A stretch of 13,102 bases of DNA from Thermoanaerobaculia bacterium (lineage in GTDB: Bacteria > Acidobacteriota > Thermoanaerobaculia > Multivoradales > UBA5704), in the NCBI GenBank assembly GCA_044226625.1, contig JBGAGQ010000110.1, positions 1 through 13,102 of the forward strand, written 5' to 3'. Numbering within the stretch: position 1 is the stretch's first letter; each line of letters starts with the position of its first letter. Below, piece after piece: positions 7,826 to 13,102 of the stretch. The position numbers and the translations under genes were made by a program. The notes below the pieces were generated by a model, which had not been told where the DNA came from, made no database searches, and saw nothing but the letters and a program-made list of their open reading frames with translations.

Positions 7826-8618
7826 CTAGACCCAACCGCCGGTGAGCTGAAGCAAATTTGTGGTGGGCTGGGCCAGGCCTGGAGTGAGCTGGGCCAGCCA
7901 ACTGGCGGGCTGGGCTCGGCCAGGGGTGAGCTGGCGCAGGTCAGCGGTGGGCGGGACGGCACCAGCCGTGAGCTGGAAAAGATCAGCAGCGGGCTGGAGC
8001 AGGCCAGGAGTGGGCTGGAAGAGGCCAGTGGTGGGCTGGGCCACACCAGGACCGGGCTGGGCCACACCAGTGGTGCGCTGAGCCAGACCCGTGGTGGCCT
8101 GGGCCAGATCAGCGGTGAGCTGGACCAGAACAGTGGTGGCCTAGGCCAGATCAGCGGTGAGCTGGACCACACCAGCGGTGGCCTGGGCCAGACCAGTGGT
8201 GGCCTGGGCCAGACCAGTGGTGGCCTAGGCCAGACCGGCGGTGATCTGCGCCAGACCGGCGGTGATCTGCGCCAGACCAGTGGTGGGCTGGACCAGACAA
8301 GAGGTGGTCTGCGCCAGACCAGCGGTGATCTGGGCCACACAAGTGGTGGCCTGAGCCACGCCACCGTTGGGCTGGACCACACCACTGGTGGCCTGCGACG
8401 CACCAGCGGTGAGCTGGCCCACACCACTGGTGGCCTGGCCAGACCAGCGGTGAGCTGGCCCACACCACTGGTGGCCTGGCCAGACCAGCGGTGAGCTGGC
8501 CCACACCACTGGTGGCCTGGCCAGACCAGTGGTGGACCGGGCCAGACGTGGTGCGCTGGACCACACCAGTGGACAGTTGGACCACACCCGTGGCGGGCCG
8601 GGCCAGGTTAGCGGTGCG
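7826..8618 (+). repeat. Degenerate 21-bp tandem repeat array (about 38 units), consensus near CTGGGCCAGACCAGYGGTGRS
   Basis: Exact 21-bp period without indels for 29 units (7826-8434); three identical 41-bp copies at 8402-8524; then a few degenerate units. Confidence 0.95.
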
Positions 8619-8668
8619 AACCTGTGATGCGGCGGATCGGGACACCCGAATCCGAGGAGTACGACCCG

Positions 8669-9982
8669 CTAGGCCGGCAAGCGAAACCGCAGATGGGGCT
8701 CGCGTTCGAGCCGTTCCAGGAAGTGGCGGACGTGGCGGGCGACCAAACCGCTGGCTACACCTTGGGCGCATGCCTCGGAGAGCAGGTGGAGCGCGCGTTC
8801 CGCTTCGCGGGCGACGCCGAGTGCACGCAGCGACTGGAAGATCTCCTGGGCGAGGAGGGCGGCTTCCCCGTGGCGGACTTCCTCTAGATAGAGTGCGACA
8901 AGGTCGAGGCCGACCAGGCCGGCTCGAAAACGCTGCCCGCGTTCCAGAAATCCCTTTCGTGCCTCAAGGAATGCGGCCTCAGCCCGTTCTCGTTCTCCGA
9001 GGCCTTTCAAGATCTCGCCCTCCGTCCAGGCGATCTTGAGAAGGTGAAGCGGCTGACCAGCCAGCGCCTGGCGCAATCCGCTGGTGAACAATTCCCGGCG
9101 GGCGCGCCGATATTCGCCGCAGTCGACGAGCGTCGCGATGTAGCTCTGGCGCGCAGTCAGGATGAGCTCAGGGTCGCGATCTACGTTCAGGTCGCGAAGG
9201 CCGAGCTCGAAAAGCCTACAGGCGGCATGCGGTTCCCCGCGATGGCGCTCATAGATCCCGCGAACCACCAAGGCGCGCCCTGCCAGATGAAAATCACCGG
9301 CCTCACGATAGAGCTTCTCGACGGCGCCGAGGATTTCGCAGGCCTCGTCGAAATAGCGCGTCGAGTTCAGGTACGAAGCGTACAGCTCGGTCAGCCGAGC
9401 ACGGATCAGCCGATCGCCGGACCCGATTTCTCGCAATGTGGCAGCCCGGTTCAACGCTTCGAGGGCCGAACGAAAGTCGTCGTTCACACGATGGGCGTTC
9501 GCGAGCTCTCCCCACGTCCGCGCCTGAAGGTCGGCCGTCCTCTCGGGTCCAAGCTCCATCGGGTCGAGGTTCGCAGCCGCGATCTGGGCCAGGTTCGCGA
9601 GTAGCAGCATTTCTTTTGGGTCGCGATAGCGCGCGGCAAAGCTCCTAGCCAGGAGATCTTCGATTCGTGACACACCGCACCGTTCGGCCGACCGATCGGC
9701 CGGCTCGCCGGGTGACGGAGCCCCGGCTCCTTGACGGCCGAACCAATAGAGCGCCCCCTCCAGCGCGGCATCGATCGCCGCGTCGTAGTCGACGGGAACT
9801 AAGGGCTCAGGGATCGAATCGTCGGGCAAACGTTCAAATCGGCAAATTAGCTCGTCGCCATAGCGGGATCGGCATTCCGGACAAACGGCGAGAAAATGGC
9901 GTATGAGGCGGCAAAGCGCCGCGTGGTCGAGGGACGCCGAATCCCAGCGCACGAGGTCGCCGTCGGTCATGTGGTGCTTCAT
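8669..9982 (-). CDS. TPR-like helical protein with N-terminal anti-sigma-like zinc finger (437 aa)
   Basis: ATG9982 with GGAGG upstream; MKHH...RHFLAVCPEC (Hx4Cx2C, a variant of the ZAS Hx3Cx2C motif); then TPR-like helices (ARTWGELANAHRVNDDFRSALEAL, AGRALVVRGIYERHRGEPHAA, GEILKGLGERERAEAAF). Confidence 0.85.
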   Translation of the reverse strand: MKHHMTDGDLVRWDSASLDHAALCRLIRHFLAVCPECRSRYGDELICRFERLPDDSIPEPLVPVDYDAAIDAALEGALYWFGRQGAGAPSPGEPADRSAERCGVSRIEDLLARSFAARYRDPKEMLLLANLAQIAAANLDPMELGPERTADLQARTWGELANAHRVNDDFRSALEALNRAATLREIGSGDRLIRARLTELYASYLNSTRYFDEACEILGAVEKLYREAGDFHLAGRALVVRGIYERHRGEPHAACRLFELGLRDLNVDRDPELILTARQSYIATLVDCGEYRRARRELFTSGLRQALAGQPLHLLKIAWTEGEILKGLGERERAEAAFLEARKGFLERGQRFRAGLVGLDLVALYLEEVRHGEAALLAQEIFQSLRALGVAREAERALHLLSEACAQGVASGLVARHVRHFLERLEREPHLRFRLPA

Positions 9983-10135
9983 GCCTGCCCTCCCGGCCCT
10001 TCTGCTACCCGAAGGATTTTCGCACATTGCGCCGTGACGGAAACTACGGGCGAGGAATCTGCCTTCCGAGACTCCTCTACCCGAGTCCGAGGCGGCGAAG
10101 TCCATGCGATCAGGCTAGCGAGGTCGAACGAGGCT

Positions 10136-10450
10136 CTAGGGGTATTTGCGGCCTCTCAGCACCTGCACCTCGGCACAGAGCTTCGGCCTGCCATTGGGAT
10201 CGATGCAACTGCTCTCTTCGCCGAAGACTGCCTTCGGACTTTCTTCCTGTTCCGAACCCAACGGAAGGCCGTCCCCACCGACGCAACTTGCCGTTACGAA
10301 GCAAACCGCCCGCTGCCAGAATGCGGCCCAACCTCCCAGTCCAAGCACAGGCTCGACTTCACCCCTCCATCCGATCGCCCCGAGAGGCGCCGCCGCCGCA
10401 AACAGGGCCAGAAGCAGACCGGCGCCCAACGCCCTTCCCTTCCTTTTCAT
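10136..10450 (-). CDS. Small secreted protein or peptide precursor (104 aa)
   Basis: Basic N-region MKRKGR, hydrophobic ALGAGLLLALFAAAAPLGA, purine-rich RBS (GGGAAGG); four Cys and SSCIDPNGRP near the C-terminus; co-oriented upstream of the TPR gene. Confidence 0.65.
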   Translation of the reverse strand: MKRKGRALGAGLLLALFAAAAPLGAIGWRGEVEPVLGLGGWAAFWQRAVCFVTASCVGGDGLPLGSEQEESPKAVFGEESSCIDPNGRPKLCAEVQVLRGRKYP

Positions 10451-10645
10451 AGCCTTCCCCCGCTCGCGAAGCTCACCCGGGTCCCGGAATGGGGCTCGCC
10501 GGCCGCGAGCCGACCGGCCTAGTCTGGGGGAACGGCGCCTCGAACGGTGAGACCCCGCCGCTTCTATTTTTCAAGGCCTTCGCCAGCCCAAACTAGTCCG
10601 TTCCGGAAAGATCCAACCGTTTCCGACAACTTTTCGAGCAAACGC

Positions 10646-10674
10646 TTGACAGGTAGTTTCGATGCGGCAGAATT
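10646..10674 (+). promoter_or_regulatory. Sigma70-type promoter candidate for the XRE-TPR-ECF operon
   Basis: Perfect TTGACA (10646-10651), then CAGAAT at a 16-nt spacing, about 10 nt before GTG10684. Confidence 0.5.
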
Positions 10675-10683
10675 AGCAACACC

Positions 10684-11094
10684 GTGGCCGATTCATCATC
10701 AGTCGCCGACTCCAACCGGCAGCTCCCAAAAGACCTCCGGATCGGGCTCGGATGCCGAATTCTCGAGCGGCGACGCCTGTTGCGGTGGAGCCAACAACGG
10801 CTCTCCGAGGCGACCGGCATCCAGGCCGTCCGTCTTTCGAAGATCGAGAACGGGCACGTCAGCGCCTCGCTCGCCGAGGCGGTTCGCCTCGCCCGAGGCC
10901 TCAAGGCTTCGATCGACGACCTCGTGTTCGGACCGTCCCGGTCGTCGATCGAGCGGCAGGGACTCGGCCTCCGCGCCCAGGTTCAGGCTCTGGAGGCGGT
11001 CGGCGCCGCCGACGAGCTGGAGATCGTCGCCGAGTTGCTCAGAAAACTGATCGCCGGGCGCAGGGCGGCTTCCTCCACGAGGCCGAAGCGATGA
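10684..11094 (+). CDS. XRE-family helix-turn-helix regulator (136 aa)
   Basis: LGCRILERRRLLRWSQQRLSEATGIQAVRLSKIENGHVSASLAEAVRLARGLKASIDDLVFG is a canonical HTH_XRE; the stop overlaps the next ATG. Confidence 0.9.
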   Translation: MADSSSVADSNRQLPKDLRIGLGCRILERRRLLRWSQQRLSEATGIQAVRLSKIENGHVSASLAEAVRLARGLKASIDDLVFGPSRSSIERQGLGLRAQVQALEAVGAADELEIVAELLRKLIAGRRAASSTRPKR

Positions 11095-11867
11095 ACGAGC
11101 CCGAGATGGCCGGCATGGCCGAGGTGTTCACCCGGTTCGAGGCTTCGGCCATCGACGAGCAGGCGGCGGTCCTTCGCGAGCGCGCCGCGGCGGGCACTCT
11201 GCTTGCGGCGCTCCTCCGTCTGCCGCCGGAAGACCGGGAGAGGACCCTCCACCTCGACCCGCGCTGCCACACCGTTTCCTTGGGGCGCTTGCTCCTGGCG
11301 TCCGGATCGCCGGATCCCGAGGAACGCGAGGCGAACGCCCGGCTGGCCTTGGCGATCGCCGACCTTCTCCCTCGGTCGGGCCGGTCGCCCGCCCTGACCG
11401 CCGGCCTACGGTCGTCGGCCCTTTTGCACGTCGCCGACGCGCTGCGCGAGCAAGGCCGCTTGATCGAAGCGCGCGCCGCCTTGGCCCTGGTTCCGTTGGA
11501 GCTGGAAACCTGCGGCGACATCCTGGACCAGGCGGGATATTGCCTGTCGCTGGGGCGCTTGCGCCGCGCGCAGGGCCGCATCGACGAAGCGCTCGCCCTG
11601 CTGGCTCGCGCGGCGGACCTTTTCGGCGACATTGGAGAACCGAGAGAGGAACGGGCCGCCCTCGTCGATCTCGGCGAGCTGTCGCTTCTACAGCACGAGG
11701 CGGGGCGAGCGCTCGCCGCCTTCGAGCGCGTCCTCCGTGCGGATCCGGCTTGGTCCGGGGACGATCTCGAGTCGCGCGCCAGAGAGGGCGCCGCCGCGGC
11801 TTCCGCAGGAACCGAGTCGGACCCGGAGGTGTGGGCGATGCAACGTCCAGGGGAACGGCGAGAGTGA
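11091..11867 (+). CDS. TPR-like protein (258 aa), paralogue of 8669-9982 without the zinc finger
   Basis: ATG11091 overlaps the XRE stop (ATGA); TPR-like SLGRLRRAQGRIDEALALLARAADLF and DLGELSLLQHEAGRALAAFERVL. Confidence 0.85.
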   Translation: MNEPEMAGMAEVFTRFEASAIDEQAAVLRERAAAGTLLAALLRLPPEDRERTLHLDPRCHTVSLGRLLLASGSPDPEEREANARLALAIADLLPRSGRSPALTAGLRSSALLHVADALREQGRLIEARAALALVPLELETCGDILDQAGYCLSLGRLRRAQGRIDEALALLARAADLFGDIGEPREERAALVDLGELSLLQHEAGRALAAFERVLRADPAWSGDDLESRAREGAAAASAGTESDPEVWAMQRPGERRE

Positions 11868-12379
11868 CTTCCGAGTCCGAACGCAACCGTGCCGTCGAGC
11901 GGCTGGTTCGCGAGGAAGACGGACGGATCCGCCGCGTACTTTCCTCGCTGCGGGTTCCCTCGTCGCATCGCGAGGACCTGCTCCAAACGGGCCTCCTCCT
12001 TCTGCTGCAGAGGTGGGATTCCGTTGACGACCCCCTCGCCTGGCTCCTCGGCGCCCTGCGCAACCTTCATCGCAGCCAGGTCCGCGACGAAGGACGACGA
12101 GGGCGGCTCGCCGAGGCGACGGCCCGCTTCGCGCCACCTCCCACGGACACGGCCAGGAGCCGTGACTCGGAGATCCGAATCGACCTCGCTCGCTGGCTCC
12201 TAGCGCTGCCTCGGGCACAGCGCATACTCGTCGTGGGACTGTTCCTCCTCGAGGATCCGCTCGAAAGCGTCGCGCGGCGCGTTGGGGTCAAACCGGCCTC
12301 GGTCCAGACGCTCAAATCCAGATCGCTTGACCGCCTACGCCGGATGGCGCAGCGGAACGGCGGCGTGAGACCCCCATAG
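11864..12379 (+). CDS. ECF-type sigma-70 factor (171 aa)
   Basis: GTG11864 overlaps the TPR stop (GTGA); region 2 (REDLLQ...AWLLGALRN) and region 4 (LPRAQR...SVARRVGVKPASVQTLKSRSLDRLRR). Confidence 0.88.
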   Translation: MTSESERNRAVERLVREEDGRIRRVLSSLRVPSSHREDLLQTGLLLLLQRWDSVDDPLAWLLGALRNLHRSQVRDEGRRGRLAEATARFAPPPTDTARSRDSEIRIDLARWLLALPRAQRILVVGLFLLEDPLESVARRVGVKPASVQTLKSRSLDRLRRMAQRNGGVRPP

Positions 12380-12408
12380 GCTCTCCGAAAGAGTGTGGAG
12401 GCGGTCCC

Positions 12409-12483
12409 ATGCTCAAGGAGCTACTGCTCACCGACGAGGCGCGAGCGGACCTCCCGGTCCCCGAACCCCTTCCGAGGACTTGA
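12409..12483 (+). other. 24-codon ORF or gene fragment homologous to the C-terminus of the VapB antitoxin
   Basis: MLKELLLTDEARADLPVPEPLPRT versus VapB FKELLLTDEARADIPVPE(RGRRRRR)PLPT; 43/51 nt identical between 475-525 and 12415-12465; GGAGG (12397-12401) 7 nt before the ATG. Homology is clear; expression is unknown. Confidence 0.75.
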
Positions 12484-12512
12484 ACCTTGAGTCACTCTCT
12501 GTGGGCCACGGG

Positions 12513-12803
12513 CTACGCCGCCGTTTTCAGGTTCTCCCGAAGAATCCGCGGATGCCGAGCAGCGATGCGCAGCAGCGCGATCGCCGTGCCTTCCGGTTTT
12601 CTCCGGCTCTGCTCCCAGTTCCGAAGGGTGTGGACGCTGATCCCCATCGCTTCGGCGAACTGCGTCTGGCTGAGCCCGACGAAACGGCGCAATGCCGCCA
12701 CGTCCTCGCCTGACTCGAACGCTCCCTCCATGAGGCGCATTCGCAGCCGGGCCGGGATCGCCCGCGAGAACTGCTTTTCAGTCAGGTCAGGAACTTCTCT
12801 CAC
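12513..12803 (-). CDS. HigA/YiaG-like XRE HTH protein, antitoxin-like (about 96 aa)
   Basis: DVAALRRFVGLSQTQFAEAMGISVHTLRNWEQSRRKPEGTAIALLRI; GTG12803 overlaps the upstream stop (GTGA). Start codon uncertain. Confidence 0.85.
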   Translation of the reverse strand: MREVPDLTEKQFSRAIPARLRMRLMEGAFESGEDVAALRRFVGLSQTQFAEAMGISVHTLRNWEQSRRKPEGTAIALLRIAARHPRILRENLKTAA

Positions 12804-13102
12804 ACCCGAAGTATAGGCCGCCCCGCCCACCGTCCGAAGATCGCCGTCGGCAGCACCCGGCCGGTCGCCTCCTCCGCGAGGCAGATCTCGCCGCTTTCCA
12901 CCGTACCGCCGAGGCCGCCGAGCTGTTCTTCGAGGAGGTAATGGAGGCTCGCGAACGAGGCGCGGATCGCGTAGGTCGTGAGGATCAGGAATGAGGCCTC
13001 GGGGGAGAGCAGCTGGCGGCAGAGGTCGAGCACCTCGGGGAGGTTCTCGAAGAGCTTCCAGACCTGCCCTTGATCGCCGCGGCCGAATTTCGGGGGGTCG
13101 AG
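12800..13102 (-). CDS. Class I SAM-dependent methyltransferase, RlmI/YccW-like (3' part; runs off the window)
   Basis: Open frame from the window edge: LDPPKFGRGDQGQVWKLFENLPEVLDLC...LILTTYA...ESGEICL...FGRW; DPPxF motif. Confidence 0.85.
   Translation of the reverse strand, partial: LDPPKFGRGDQGQVWKLFENLPEVLDLCRQLLSPEASFLILTTYAIRASFASLHYLLEEQLGGLGGTVESGEICLAEEATGRVLPTAIFGRWAGRPILRV

Noticed and set aside
7826-8618. CRISPR array
   Set aside because: Units are contiguous 21-bp tandem repeats with no unique spacers, and there are no cas genes in the window.
7492-8771. Minus-strand repeat ORFs (LVWPRPP, GLAQATT and WSGPGHH frames)
   Set aside because: Shadow frames of the array: they overlap real genes, lack RBSs, or are broken by TAG where the plus frame has a synonymous CTA.
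10752-11863. Long N-terminal extensions given in the ORF track for the TPR (from 10752) and sigma (from 11540) genes
   Set aside because: They overlap upstream genes and are Arg/Pro-rich noise; the coupled starts at 11091 and 11864 fit better.
475-12465. Calling the block an autonomous mobile element
   Set aside because: No integrase, transposase, relaxase or tRNA site in the window; kept only as a hypothesis under findings.

Overview
High-GC bacterial window; the XRE/TPR/ECF gene style suggests Acidobacteriota (Thermoanaerobaculia-like), which is inference only. Left to right: a vapBC-type toxin-antitoxin pair whose antitoxin has a +1 frameshift; a leftward operon of a secreted accessory protein, a 1651-aa signal-peptide-bearing Rhs/YD toxin with a lower-GC Het-C/Zn-phospholipase-C-like tip, and a coupled membrane immunity candidate; a divergent XRE regulator; a ~790-bp 21-bp tandem array hiding a start-less heptad reading frame; a leftward small secreted protein plus zinc-finger/TPR gene; a rightward coupled XRE-TPR-ECF sigma operon; a 24-codon ORF that copies the C-terminal part of the vapB antitoxin; an orphan HigA-like HTH gene; and the 3' end of an RlmI-like methyltransferase. 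The most unusual signals are the mini-antitoxin copy about 12 kb from its parent, motifs shared by the two divergent promoter regions, and a possible peptide/TPR/ECF circuit controlling a secreted Rhs toxin.
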